The notes under the pieces are model-generated. The model saw only the letters and a list, made by a program, of their open reading frames with translations, had not been told where the DNA came from and did no database searches. Made by a program: the position numbers and the translations under genes. This document shows positions 28,086-37,470 of a DNA stretch of 42,634 nt, in pieces. The first letter of the stretch is position 1, and each line of letters starts with the position of its first letter. Origin of the DNA: Candidatus Micrarchaeota archaeon (GTDB lineage: Archaea > B1Sed10-29 > B47-G15); assembly GCA_003660975.1 (NCBI GenBank), contig QMVG01000007.1, positions 1 to 42,634 on the forward strand, read 5' to 3'.

Positions 28086-29297
28086 TCAATCCTCTATTGC
28101 CTTTTTTACTTCCTGTCTTACTTTTGGAAGGTACTTATCCAATGTATAAACAGCAAATGCAGGTGCAACCATGCGCTTGTTTAACAAGGACTTGATGAGC
28201 TCTGACATCTCTGACAAGTTAACTATCTCTCCATTTTTTCTTAGCACCTTAACCTTTGTTTCTTCCTGCGTTTTCTTTTTTATTGACTGAAAGTGGGAGT
28301 CAAGCATCACGTAATCGCTCTTAATCCCTGATTTTTTGGCTATCTCCTCTTCAAAAGCTCTTGGATCAGATGCAATGTTCTTTATTTTCTCTCTTTTTTC
28401 ATCGTTTAAATCAATCTCTGAAAGTAAATACGCTGTTTTGAACAGTCTTCTCAGAACAATTCTGTCATAAATCTCCTTTGCGAAACTGTCCCCCTCTTTC
28501 AGTGCAAGCATCAGTTCCATATCATTGTACTCCTCCCAGTTTGGATGCCTGTCCTTCACTCTAGTAAAAGCCCTCTGTAGCATTTCGGCAGCAATCCTCA
28601 CCGTGTGGTGTGCGTAAACATTGGTGTACATGTGGTTTCTCGCAATGAGCATGCTCTCAACACTGTCAACCGCCTTTTCCATTATGCAGAATTGCCCGTC
28701 TGCTATAACAAATGTAGTCATAAGCCTCTCCACGTCCACTGCGCCAAAATGCACCCCTGTAAAGTATGCATCTCTCGGCAAGTAGTCAAGCCTGTCTGCG
28801 TCAATATCTGCTGCTATTATGTGCTGGAGGTTCTGGTTTGGGTGCTTCTTTCTCACGAGCTCTGCTACCTCTTTTGCTTCTATGCCGTGCCTCTCCAGCA
28901 TTGAAGGAATCTCGCCCGAGCCATCTATCGTGAAGCTGATCTTTCCTGTTATCAGATCTGCCCCTCTTTCTTCATGCTCCTTTTCCTGAAAGCGGGTTAA
29001 AGCATGGGAAAAAGGGGGGTGGCCTATGTCGTGAAGCATAGCAGCTGCCTTCAAAATATTCCTCTCATCTTCTGAAAATCCCATATATGAGGCAATTGTT
29101 GAGGCAAGGTAGGACACGCCCACAGCGTGAAGAATCCTGCTGTGCGTAGCCCCTGGGTAAACGAGGTATGTCAGGTCCAATTGCTTTATATGAGAAAGCC
29201 TTTGCAGCTCAGGGCTATTTAAAAGTTCCAACTGCAGCTTATCAAGCATAATGCTCCCATGAATTGGGTCTCTTATAAATTTCACGTCCCTGCCCAT
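28086..29297 (-). CDS. HD-domain dNTP triphosphohydrolase (SAMHD1/COG1078-like)
   Basis: IRDPIHG, QRL..IKQL, YPGATHSR..H, LHDIGHPPFSH, DADRLDYL.RD, VYAHH. Confidence 0.9.
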   Translation of the reverse strand: MGRDVKFIRDPIHGSIMLDKLQLELLNSPELQRLSHIKQLDLTYLVYPGATHSRILHAVGVSYLASTIASYMGFSEDERNILKAAAMLHDIGHPPFSHALTRFQEKEHEERGADLITGKISFTIDGSGEIPSMLERHGIEAKEVAELVRKKHPNQNLQHIIAADIDADRLDYLPRDAYFTGVHFGAVDVERLMTTFVIADGQFCIMEKAVDSVESMLIARNHMYTNVYAHHTVRIAAEMLQRAFTRVKDRHPNWEEYNDMELMLALKEGDSFAKEIYDRIVLRRLFKTAYLLSEIDLNDEKREKIKNIASDPRAFEEEIAKKSGIKSDYVMLDSHFQSIKKKTQEETKVKVLRKNGEIVNLSEMSELIKSLLNKRMVAPAFAVYTLDKYLPKVRQEVKKAIED

Positions 29298-29374
29298 GAT
29301 TAAATTATATACTAATCTATTTTTATCAGTGATGTTGCAAAAAGTTTTTAATAAGAAGGGCATTAATTTCTACG

Positions 29375-29908
29375 ATGAAAAGAAATGACTTAAAGAAAAA
29401 GCTCGGCAGAAGGGTTAGATATCTTGACGTGTTATCAAAAAAAGTAAGGGGAGAAAAACATTACGTTGGCTTCAGGAGCTTCAACGCAGAGGTGGAAAAG
29501 GGCAGAGTAAAGTGCGGCAACCCTGACGTAAGATTGGCTCTTGTGGAACCTCTTAAGAAATTATTGGAGAAAAATGATGCAGAGCGCATATTCGACCTGG
29601 CGTTGGAGTTCTCTGCTAAGCAGAGATATGACCCAGACGACGTCATAAAATTTGTGATTGAGTACTCAAAAGCTTGGAAGAGGGGAGAGTTTAAAAAGCC
29701 AGAGATTAAGAGAACAAAGAAGCCCCCTATTGAAAAAGTAATTGAAAGAAACCTAAGCAAAGGCGTGCGGATAGACCAGCTGGAAAGGGCCTTACGCGTT
29801 ATGTATCCAAACCTGCCTGAAAATGAAATAAGGAAGAGGATAGAAAAGTATATACGCAAGCTCAGGGAAAGGGAAGATAAAAGGAGGAGAGGCCTTACTC
29901 CAAAGTGA
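29375..29908 (+). CDS. Basic hypothetical protein
   Basis: 177-aa K/R-rich ORF with TATA-like TTTTTAATA about 25 bp upstream. Confidence 0.6.
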   Translation: MKRNDLKKKLGRRVRYLDVLSKKVRGEKHYVGFRSFNAEVEKGRVKCGNPDVRLALVEPLKKLLEKNDAERIFDLALEFSAKQRYDPDDVIKFVIEYSKAWKRGEFKKPEIKRTKKPPIEKVIERNLSKGVRIDQLERALRVMYPNLPENEIRKRIEKYIRKLREREDKRRRGLTPK

Positions 29909-30602
29909 AAATGAGCCTTGTGGTATCAGCGCCTTTATTTTCTGTTTTTATTATGTTGATGTGCCCTATCTCCTTCGTGTTTCTGACATGGGTGCCTGCA
30001 CAGGGGTCTATGTCATAGCCATCTATTACAACAAGACGCACGTCCTTTATGAAGGAAGGCAGCCTTTCAAACATCCTGCGCCTTCTTTCATCAACTCTCC
30101 TTATCATGTCTTCTCTTGTTGTCATCTCTATCCTTATCTCTCTCGCTTCGTCAACTGCTCTGTTGAACCTGTTAACGATATCTTCAAGCATATGCCTATC
30201 TGGCTTGAATGGTTTGAAGTCCACCCTTGATCGCTCAGTACCTATCTGATTGCCAGCAACCTCTGCACCGTAGTTGTCAAGCACTATGGCAGAGAGCAAG
30301 TGTTCTGCTGAATGCATGCGCATATGTTTATATCTTCTGTCCCAGTCCAAGTGGCAATGGACAAGGCTTCCAACAGGGATAACCTCAGAAACATAGTGTT
30401 TAACTATTCCCTTTTCTTTCGCGACTCTGCTTACTTCTATTTTCCTTCCTTCCCAAATTAAAAAGCCCTTGTCAGAGGGCTGTCCTCCTCCCTCTGGATA
30501 AAAGCAACTTCTGTCAAGAACAATGTAATTTTCAGCTGATACAAGCACTTCTGCATCACATTCTTTTATGTAATTGTCCTTCATATGCAAAAGCTCTGTC
30601 AT
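29895..30602 (-). CDS. alaX: AlaX-type trans-editing protein (AlaX-M)
   Basis: FYPEGGGQPSD, RRYKHMRMHSAEHLLS (HxxxH), PCAGTHV (CxxxH). Confidence 0.92.
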   Translation of the reverse strand: MTELLHMKDNYIKECDAEVLVSAENYIVLDRSCFYPEGGGQPSDKGFLIWEGRKIEVSRVAKEKGIVKHYVSEVIPVGSLVHCHLDWDRRYKHMRMHSAEHLLSAIVLDNYGAEVAGNQIGTERSRVDFKPFKPDRHMLEDIVNRFNRAVDEAREIRIEMTTREDMIRRVDERRRRMFERLPSFIKDVRLVVIDGYDIDPCAGTHVRNTKEIGHINIIKTENKGADTTRLIFTLE

Positions 30603-30611
30603 AAAAATACC

Positions 30612-31355
30612 TCACAAGCTCTCAACAACACCATCAATTGTTTTTATAGCTATTTCCTTGGTGTACGGCTTGCACTTCTTGGCAATCTCCTTCAATTTTT
30701 CTTCAGAGCTGACCTCCTCAAGCACAGAGGGGTCAACAACAGCTCTTGAAGCATCCAATTGCTGGAGAAGGTACCTATCACAGTTCCTTCCAATGTCTTG
30801 AGCTATCTTGACAATGTCATGCTCGTGAAGTAAAGCAGGAACAAAGGTCGTCTTGCACTCAAAGAAAAATTTCAAAGCAGGTCTTACCTCAAATATTTGC
30901 CTTATGCCTGTTAATACTTTTTCAGGGTCAATGCCTCCTAAAAGCTTTTTGTAATGGTTTTTTCTATGCAAAGGGGCTTTAATGTCAAGAGACAGGTAAT
31001 CCAGAGCGTTTTGAGTGGCCATTTTTATAACAGCCCCTGCATTTTCCCCGTTTGTGTTAAGCTTTATCTTCAGACCTTCCTCTTTAAATGACTTTGCAAG
31101 AAAAATTAAAGCCTCTTCCTGCTCTGTTGCTTCGCCTCCATCAAACGTGACTGCCTCTATAAGCTGCCTCTGTTCCATGACTTGGTTAAAAACATCTTCA
31201 ACAGAGTAATCCTTACATGTCAGAGGGTCTAGAATGTCTTTTTCATAGCAAAAAGGACACCTGTATCTGCAACCTCCAAAGTAAATCACAGCTGACGACA
31301 AGCCAGGCCACTCCAGCGTAGAGACATTAACTATCCTGCCTATTTTAACGTCCAT
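30612..31355 (-). CDS. Glycyl-radical activase-family radical SAM protein (NrdG-like)
   Basis: GCRYRCPFC, GGEAT, KLNTNG, LDIKAP, KTTFVP. Confidence 0.8.
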   Translation of the reverse strand: MDVKIGRIVNVSTLEWPGLSSAVIYFGGCRYRCPFCYEKDILDPLTCKDYSVEDVFNQVMEQRQLIEAVTFDGGEATEQEEALIFLAKSFKEEGLKIKLNTNGENAGAVIKMATQNALDYLSLDIKAPLHRKNHYKKLLGGIDPEKVLTGIRQIFEVRPALKFFFECKTTFVPALLHEHDIVKIAQDIGRNCDRYLLQQLDASRAVVDPSVLEEVSSEEKLKEIAKKCKPYTKEIAIKTIDGVVESL

Positions 31356-31378
31356 AATTATCTTATGCAAAAAGAGGT

Positions 31379-31972
31379 TTATATCTCAACCGTATGTCCT
31401 ATGTCTCTGAGGCTTTTAACCCTTTTTTCATAAGGTCTTTTCTCATACTTTTGCATGTATGCTATAATGAGGATCATAAGCACAAAAAGCAGGAATGCAG
31501 AGACGATGCTGAATTTAAAATTTGTTTCAAGTAATCTTGATATAATCTCTCTCTCCAAGTTAATTGAGAGTTTGCTTAGCAGGGGACCTTCAAAGAGCAA
31601 TTTTACGAGAGACGCATAACAGAAAAGAATCAAAGAGCTGATGGCCGAACTTATCTTCACAATTTGCAGTATGGCCTTTGCCTTTCTCTCTGAGAGGTAT
31701 GTCAGCACGAAGATTATGAACGAGAGGGCAAGAGAAATGAGGAAAAGGTCAATGCTGAGGTTGTAAATCTCAAACATAGAGTTTTCGAATACCAAAAGAA
31801 AAGCAAGCGGCCCCAAAAATGCATATGCCTGCTCAACTATTCTGCTTTCAACAAGCTGCGAGCTGTCATATTCTCCCAATATATTTAAGCTTTCAGTAGC
31901 AATTGCAAAGCTAAGGAATGCCAAAATGGCAATAATCAGGAAAACTGTTGAAAGCAGATGTGCAAACCTCAT
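31379..31972 (-). CDS. Multi-pass membrane protein
   Basis: 4-5 hydrophobic segments. Confidence 0.65.
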   Translation of the reverse strand: MRFAHLLSTVFLIIAILAFLSFAIATESLNILGEYDSSQLVESRIVEQAYAFLGPLAFLLVFENSMFEIYNLSIDLFLISLALSFIIFVLTYLSERKAKAILQIVKISSAISSLILFCYASLVKLLFEGPLLSKLSINLEREIISRLLETNFKFSIVSAFLLFVLMILIIAYMQKYEKRPYEKRVKSLRDIGHTVEI

Positions 31973-32022
31973 AAGCTGATTACTGCATATTCATTTAAAT
32001 CTATTTCTCCAAAAAGATAACT

Positions 32023-32772
32023 ATGAACTGGGAGAATGAATTGAAAAAGCTCAGGGTGAAAAGACAGAAGGATTCAGAGCACTTCAAAATTTTCCAGAGA
32101 GTATTTGATGAGTATACAATAAAAAATATCAGAACTTTGATCGATAGGGGGATATTCAGGGCTTTAGACTTTCCAGTGAGCACTGGCAAGGAAGCAGATG
32201 TTTACAGAGGAAGCACGAGAGCAGGAGGTTATGTGGCTGTTAAAATCTACAGAATAGAGACAGGAGATTTCAAGAACATGTGGGAATATATTCTGGGAGA
32301 CCCAAGGTTTAAGAAGGTTGGCAAGGGAAAAAGGGCCCTTATAAGAGAGTGGTGCAAAAAGGAGTTCAGGAATCTAAGCGAAGCTTACAACATTGGCATA
32401 AGGGTTCCGCAGCCATTCGCGTTTAAAGAAAATGTTCTTGTTATGGAGTTCATAGGGGAAAACGGTGAAGCTTCGCCACTGTTAAAAGATGTCAAGGTAA
32501 AGCAGCCAAAAGCATTAATAGATGAAGTCATCACATTCATACAAAGGATGTACTCAGAAATACGCCTGGTGCATGCAGACATTTCTGAGTTTAATATAAT
32601 GATGAAAGGAGAAAAACCTTACCTTATTGACATGGGCCAAGCTGTTAATCTAAAACACCCCAGAGCCCTTGAATTTTTAAAGAGAGATTTATATAACGTT
32701 GAGAGGATGGCAAAAAAGATGAGTGTAGAAGTGGACCACGAAAAAATGTATAGGCAGATTGTAGGTGTTTAG
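32023..32772 (+). CDS. rio1: RIO1-family serine kinase
   Basis: STGKEA.VY, AVKIYR, W..KEFRNL, LVHADISEFNI, IDMGQA. Confidence 0.95.
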   Translation: MNWENELKKLRVKRQKDSEHFKIFQRVFDEYTIKNIRTLIDRGIFRALDFPVSTGKEADVYRGSTRAGGYVAVKIYRIETGDFKNMWEYILGDPRFKKVGKGKRALIREWCKKEFRNLSEAYNIGIRVPQPFAFKENVLVMEFIGENGEASPLLKDVKVKQPKALIDEVITFIQRMYSEIRLVHADISEFNIMMKGEKPYLIDMGQAVNLKHPRALEFLKRDLYNVERMAKKMSVEVDHEKMYRQIVGV

Positions 32773-33291
32773 GTGGGAGAAGCTTTTGAAGATATTGTCA
32801 ATGTGCCCCTGGATAGGATAGGAGTAGTGATAGGAAAGAAAGGTGAGACTAAAAAACTGATTGAGGAAAAAACAGCTGTTGAGCTTAAGATAAACTCCAA
32901 GACAGGAGAGGTAAAAATATACAGAAAAAATGGCGAAAAATCCGTGCTTGCGAGACAGGTAATTGAGGCGATTGCTGTTGGTTTTTCACCCGAAAAGGCT
33001 TTAAAGCTGCTTGACAATAATATATACATAGATAAAATTGACATCCGCCGATTTAGCAGGAACCAAAAAGACCTTGAGAGAATAAAATCCAGGCTTATCG
33101 GAAGAAAAGGAAAAGCCAAGCGTTTCATTTCAGAAGAAAGCAAAACAGATATAGTTATATATGATGCTTACGTAGCAATTATTGGCCGTCCTGAAAATAT
33201 TTACTTGGCCAGGCAGGCTATTTTAAAACTAATACACGGAGCGCCACACAGCGCTGTTTTTCACTTTATTGAAAAGCGTTCAGAGGAGTAG
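32773..33291 (+). CDS. KH-domain ribosome biogenesis protein (Dim2/Pno1-like)
   Basis: RIGVVIGKKGETK, GFSPEKA, RLIGRKGKAK, G.PH. Confidence 0.92.
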   Translation: MGEAFEDIVNVPLDRIGVVIGKKGETKKLIEEKTAVELKINSKTGEVKIYRKNGEKSVLARQVIEAIAVGFSPEKALKLLDNNIYIDKIDIRRFSRNQKDLERIKSRLIGRKGKAKRFISEESKTDIVIYDAYVAIIGRPENIYLARQAILKLIHGAPHSAVFHFIEKRSEE

Positions 33292-34895
33292 TGCAGATGC
33301 CTGAAAAACATGCGAAAGAAATTTTTAAAGAGTTTAGGGAACACAGCATAGCCGAGTTCTTTAAAAAGAACAGGCAGATGTTGGGCTATTCAGGACCTGT
33401 AAAGAGCCTTACTACAGTAATCCATGAATACCTAACAAACTCACTAGATGCTTGTGAAGAGGCAGGCATATTGCCTGATATATTTGTTCAGATAAAGCGC
33501 TTGGGACCGAATTATTATTTGGTCATAAATGAGGACAACGGTCCTGGCATTCCCAAGAACTATGTTGGAAAGGCCTTTGGCACCATGTTGGCAGGGACAA
33601 AGTTTCACAGATTCCAGCAAGCAAGAGGGCAGCAGGGAATAGGTGGTGCTGGCTGTGTTATGTTCTCTCAAATAACAACAGGAAAGCCAACGAAGATTAT
33701 AACAAGCACTGGCAAAGGTGTTATATTTGAAGCCGATATTTCAATTGACGTGAAGACAAACAGCCCAAAAGTATCAAATGCAAGGGAATATCCAGGAACA
33801 ATGAGGGGCACGAGAATTGAAACGCATTTAAAGCATGTGAAATACCAGAAAGGGGAGCAGAGTCCAGACGAATACATAAGGAGGACTGCTTTGGCCAATC
33901 CACACGCCAGAATAACATATATAGACCCTGATGGCATCCAAGTAGTTTATGACCGCGTTGTTGACAAGATTCCAAAAATCCCAAAGAAAACAAAACCGCA
34001 CCCAAAAGGTGTGGAGGTTGATGACCTAATGACATACGCAAGCGTGACAAAGGCAAGGTCAATAAAGGGCTTTTTGGTGAACGACTTCACGAGGTTTAGC
34101 ACGAAAAAAGTAAAAGAATTACAGGAAATGCTTGACTTTGACCTAAATAAGACGCCTCAGAGCCTGACTTGGGAAGAAGCTGAGAAGATAGTAAAGGCAA
34201 TAAAGAAAATGAATTTCATTGCCCCACCAACAGATGTGCTGATTCCCATAGGAGAAGAACACCTAAGAAAAGCATTGCAAAACATATTAGAACCAGAGTT
34301 TGAGAGGGTGTTAACAAGACCTCCTGCCATATACAGGGGAGGTGTGCCATTCATAGTTGAAGTGGCCATCGCATATGGTGGCAAGGCAGGTAGAAAAAGC
34401 AACAACAAAGAGAGCGTTGAGCACCAGATGGAAATAATGAGGTTTGCAAACAGGGTGCCTCTGCTTTTTGATGCTGGCTCATGTGCAATAACAAAGGCAG
34501 TACAAAGCGTAAATTGGAAAAAGTATGGGATACAGCCAGAAGGACCAATAACAGTTCTGGTAAACTTTACATCAATTCACGTTCCTTATACGAGTGCAGG
34601 AAAGCAAGCAGTTGCTGATGAGGAAGAGATTGTAAAAGAGATAAGATTAACCTTGATGGACGCAGCAAGGCGTATAGGCATATTCATATCAGGAAAAAGG
34701 AAAAAGTATGAAAAAGAGAAAAGATTACAAGAGTTTATGAGGTATATTCCTGAAACAGCTGCGAGTATAGCAAAAATAACAGGGGAAAGTGAAGAAGTTA
34801 TAAGAAAAAGGCTTGAGCAGATTGTGAAAGAAAAGTATGACGTTGAGGAAGGAGGTAAGGAAAATGGTGAGCAAGAGCGACAAAATGGCTCTTGA
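33291..34895 (+). CDS. top6B: DNA topoisomerase VI subunit B
   Basis: NSLDACEEA, EDNGPGI, RGQQGIG, PHP.G, RFANRVPL. Confidence 0.97.
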   Translation: MQMPEKHAKEIFKEFREHSIAEFFKKNRQMLGYSGPVKSLTTVIHEYLTNSLDACEEAGILPDIFVQIKRLGPNYYLVINEDNGPGIPKNYVGKAFGTMLAGTKFHRFQQARGQQGIGGAGCVMFSQITTGKPTKIITSTGKGVIFEADISIDVKTNSPKVSNAREYPGTMRGTRIETHLKHVKYQKGEQSPDEYIRRTALANPHARITYIDPDGIQVVYDRVVDKIPKIPKKTKPHPKGVEVDDLMTYASVTKARSIKGFLVNDFTRFSTKKVKELQEMLDFDLNKTPQSLTWEEAEKIVKAIKKMNFIAPPTDVLIPIGEEHLRKALQNILEPEFERVLTRPPAIYRGGVPFIVEVAIAYGGKAGRKSNNKESVEHQMEIMRFANRVPLLFDAGSCAITKAVQSVNWKKYGIQPEGPITVLVNFTSIHVPYTSAGKQAVADEEEIVKEIRLTLMDAARRIGIFISGKRKKYEKEKRLQEFMRYIPETAASIAKITGESEEVIRKRLEQIVKEKYDVEEGGKENGEQERQNGS

Positions 34896-35955
34896 GCGGA
34901 TAAGAGAATTTGGAAAGCAACTGCTGGAACAGATTAAGAGAGGGGAATCTCCATATTTCCAGATGCCTACGAGAACAAAAGGAAATGTTATGTTTGAGGA
35001 AGGAGACAAGACACTAAGCCTCGGTGGAAGAATGAGCACCAGGAGATTCCTGAACTATGCCCACACAAGGAAGTTCATGCAAAGCGTTATGATAGCTGCT
35101 GCTACAATGGAATATATAAAAAGCGATAGGACTGTTGGAAAGCGTGAGCTTTACTACAACCTAAAACACTCGCTGCCCAACAGCAAACAAAACACATTTG
35201 AGGATGACACTGAATCTGGCTCTGTTCTGGATGACTTAGAAGCATCTCTGAACATATTGAGGGAACAGTTCCACGTGATAGCAAAGGGCAGGGGGAGCAT
35301 CTACGGTGACTTAGACTTGAGGCAGGCAGGTGATGAGTTCTCGTGCAAAGGCCTCGGAAGGGGTGGCTGGCTTATTCCAGGCTACACAGAGGACGTTGAA
35401 TTTCTCAATTACAACGCAGATTTCATACTTGCAATAGAAAACGATGCCATGATGTCAAGGCTCATTGAGGAAAAAGCGTGGAAAAAATTAAACTGCCTGT
35501 TGGTGACAGGAGAAGGCATGTTTCCAAGAGGTGTTAGGAGGTTCGTAAAGAGAATGCATGAGGAGTTGAAGCTCCCAGTCATTGCCTTTGTTGACGGCGA
35601 TCCTTGGGGCTTTTATATTTACTCTGTGCTGAAATACGGTTCAATTCAGCTCGCTCACCTAAGCGATAGGTATGCTGTGCCTGATGCAAAGTACTTGGGC
35701 ATGACCATGGATGACATAGAAACCTACGGCCTTGAGCACGTTACTGAAAAATTGAAGGACATTGACAGAAAAAAGATAAAAGAGGAGATGCAATACCCTT
35801 GGTTTAAACACTCTCCAGAGTGGATGAGGCAGTTAAAGCTAATGGCAGAAAAAGGGGTCAGGATAGAGCAACAGGCCTTAGCAAACAAAAGCTTGGCATT
35901 CGTGGCTGAGAAATACCTGCCTGAAAAGGTAGAAGAGGGCAAATTCCTGCCTTAA
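34864..35955 (+). CDS. top6A: DNA topoisomerase VI subunit A
   Basis: RELYY, AIEND, TG.G.P.R, DGDPWG (TOPRIM), EQQAL; ATG 34864 after GGAGGT. Confidence 0.97.
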   Translation: MVSKSDKMALERIREFGKQLLEQIKRGESPYFQMPTRTKGNVMFEEGDKTLSLGGRMSTRRFLNYAHTRKFMQSVMIAAATMEYIKSDRTVGKRELYYNLKHSLPNSKQNTFEDDTESGSVLDDLEASLNILREQFHVIAKGRGSIYGDLDLRQAGDEFSCKGLGRGGWLIPGYTEDVEFLNYNADFILAIENDAMMSRLIEEKAWKKLNCLLVTGEGMFPRGVRRFVKRMHEELKLPVIAFVDGDPWGFYIYSVLKYGSIQLAHLSDRYAVPDAKYLGMTMDDIETYGLEHVTEKLKDIDRKKIKEEMQYPWFKHSPEWMRQLKLMAEKGVRIEQQALANKSLAFVAEKYLPEKVEEGKFLP

Positions 35956-36002
35956 CTAAGAAAACTTTATTAAAGAGTAAATGTGTAAAAATATTACTTC
36001 TT

Positions 36003-36392
36003 ATGGTGATTGCGATGAAAGTGATAAGGGCGAGGAACAAGATAGAGCTCATAGAACAGATAAAGAGTATGGAGGGTGAGCACGGAGAGGTCTATATCAA
36101 TATGAGGCCAACGCTAGACATAGTTGAAAAAATAATTGAACGTTTCCCAAACGTAGAAAAGATTATGTGTCCGCCAAGCCTTCATGTGCAGACAAGCAGA
36201 AAAGTTTTCAAAAAGCTTGCAGACAAGGGAATCAAGCTGGAGCCAGGCGAGTTTAGGGTTGGCAGACCAAAGAAATATGATGATGAAACCATAGCAGAGA
36301 TAACTAATTTGAGAAACCAGGGAATGCCTGCAAAGCAGATTTCAGAGAGGCTCAATATTCCGCTGAGGACAGTGTACTTCTACCTTCAATGA
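36003..36392 (+). CDS. DUF1699-like protein with C-terminal HTH
   Basis: RPT...I...P....I.CPPS, GRPKKY, HTH GMPAKQISERLNIPLRTVY. Confidence 0.75.
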   Translation: MVIAMKVIRARNKIELIEQIKSMEGEHGEVYINMRPTLDIVEKIIERFPNVEKIMCPPSLHVQTSRKVFKKLADKGIKLEPGEFRVGRPKKYDDETIAEITNLRNQGMPAKQISERLNIPLRTVYFYLQ

Positions 36393-36404
36393 GGGGACAG
36401 AGCA

Positions 36405-36557
36405 ATGGGGGACATCGCTACAAAGAGCAGGATAGTAGCATCCTGGATTATAGGCCTTCTCCTGATAGGTGCAGCTATATTTAATTACTTTCACTTAAGC
36501 GCGTTTGAACGCTTGATTCTTTTCCTGATAGGTATTATGATAGTGCTTATATTCTAA
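36405..36557 (+). CDS. Small 2-TM membrane protein (50 aa)
   Basis: MGDIATKSRIVASWIIGLLLIGAAIFNYFHLSAFERLILFLIGIMIVLIF; GAGGGG RBS; not in ORF track. Confidence 0.55.
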   Translation: MGDIATKSRIVASWIIGLLLIGAAIFNYFHLSAFERLILFLIGIMIVLIF

Positions 36558-36558
36558 T

Positions 36559-36633
36559 GCCTCGGTAGCTTAGCCCGGTTAAAGCGCGCGGCTGTTAACC
36601 GCGAGACCGCCGGTTCAAATCCGGCCCGAGGCG
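36559..36633 (+). tRNA. tRNA-Asn (GTT), intronless, CCA not encoded
   Basis: Acceptor GCCTCGG/CCGAGGC, D-arm GCTT/AAGC, anticodon arm CGCGG-CTGTTAA-CCGCG, T-loop TTCAAAT. Confidence 0.97.
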
Positions 36634-36669
36634 CTTAAAGATTTATATAAAAAATTTCTTATTCTCACG

Positions 36670-36834
36670 ATGCCAGAGAAAAAGCTGAGCGAGGAAGAAA
36701 TGAAAAGGCTGCTCTTGGAAATAGATGCAATCATTGCAAGAGGTCACGCTACAAGGGAAGTACTTGAAAAAAGGCAGGAATTGCAAAAGGAGCTAAAGAA
36801 AAACATTAGGAAAAAGTTGAGAAGGAGAAGGTAA
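36670..36834 (+). CDS. Small basic helical protein (54 aa, MPEKKLSEEEMKRLLLEIDAII...KKLRRRR)
   Basis: TATA (TTTATATA) about 25 bp upstream; stop abuts yjbQ stop; not in ORF track. Confidence 0.6.
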   Translation: MPEKKLSEEEMKRLLLEIDAIIARGHATREVLEKRQELQKELKKNIRKKLRRRR

Positions 36835-37236
36835 CTATTTACTGATAATCTCAACGTAAACAGTTCTTCTTCTGGGACCATCAAAATCTGCTAACATTAT
36901 GTCCTGCCATCTGCCCAGAAGCAGCCTGCCTTCTCTTATGATGATAGTTTCAGAAGGACCCACAAGAGCTGCCTTTATGTGGGCGTCTCCATTGCCATCC
37001 ACCTTGTCGTGTCTCCACACGCCTCTCGGAATTATCTTTTCAAGCATATCAAGGATGTCAAGCATAACGTTTGGGTCCCAGTTTTCGTTTATCAATATGC
37101 CTGCTGTGGCGTGAGGCACATAGACCACGCAAATGCCTTCCTTGACTTTGGACTGCTTTACGATTTCATTCACTTTCTTTGTTATGTCTATTATTTGGTT
37201 TCTCTTTTCTGATTCCACTGTGAAGCTGAAGAGCAT
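36835..37236 (-). CDS. yjbQ: YjbQ/UPF0047 family protein
   Basis: DIT..V, VPHATA...NE, H...GN.DAHIKA.L.G, LG.WQ....DFDGPR.R. Confidence 0.92.
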   Translation of the reverse strand: MLFSFTVESEKRNQIIDITKKVNEIVKQSKVKEGICVVYVPHATAGILINENWDPNVMLDILDMLEKIIPRGVWRHDKVDGNGDAHIKAALVGPSETIIIREGRLLLGRWQDIMLADFDGPRRRTVYVEIISK

Positions 37237-37307
37237 AATCTGCTTATGAACTTACTCATAAAAAAATTTTTATATGAGTTTTCAATAAAAATTACAAGGT
37301 GTTTTTT

Positions 37308-37450
37308 ATGACGCTGTTGAGTAGCTGCTGTACCAGAAGAATTTATTTTAGCTACTCAGCAGTATGGCCATCAGCAGCTGATAAAAAGTACATAAGCTGC
37401 TGAGGCTGCCTGCAACATCCTAAACTATTTCTGTGCTTAGAGCAGGTATG
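37308..37450 (+). promoter_or_regulatory. Structured 5' leader with 31-aa uORF (attenuator/riboregulator candidate)
   Basis: uORF 37308-37403 after AGGTG RBS; stems 37314-37326/37350-37362 and 37371-37379/37395-37403, with alternative pairings. Confidence 0.5.
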
Positions 37451-37470
37451 CCTTGTAGCTTTAATGGACA

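Noticed and set aside
36559-36633. tRNA as integration site of a provirus or island
   Set aside because: No duplicated tRNA 3' end or integrase seen in the window
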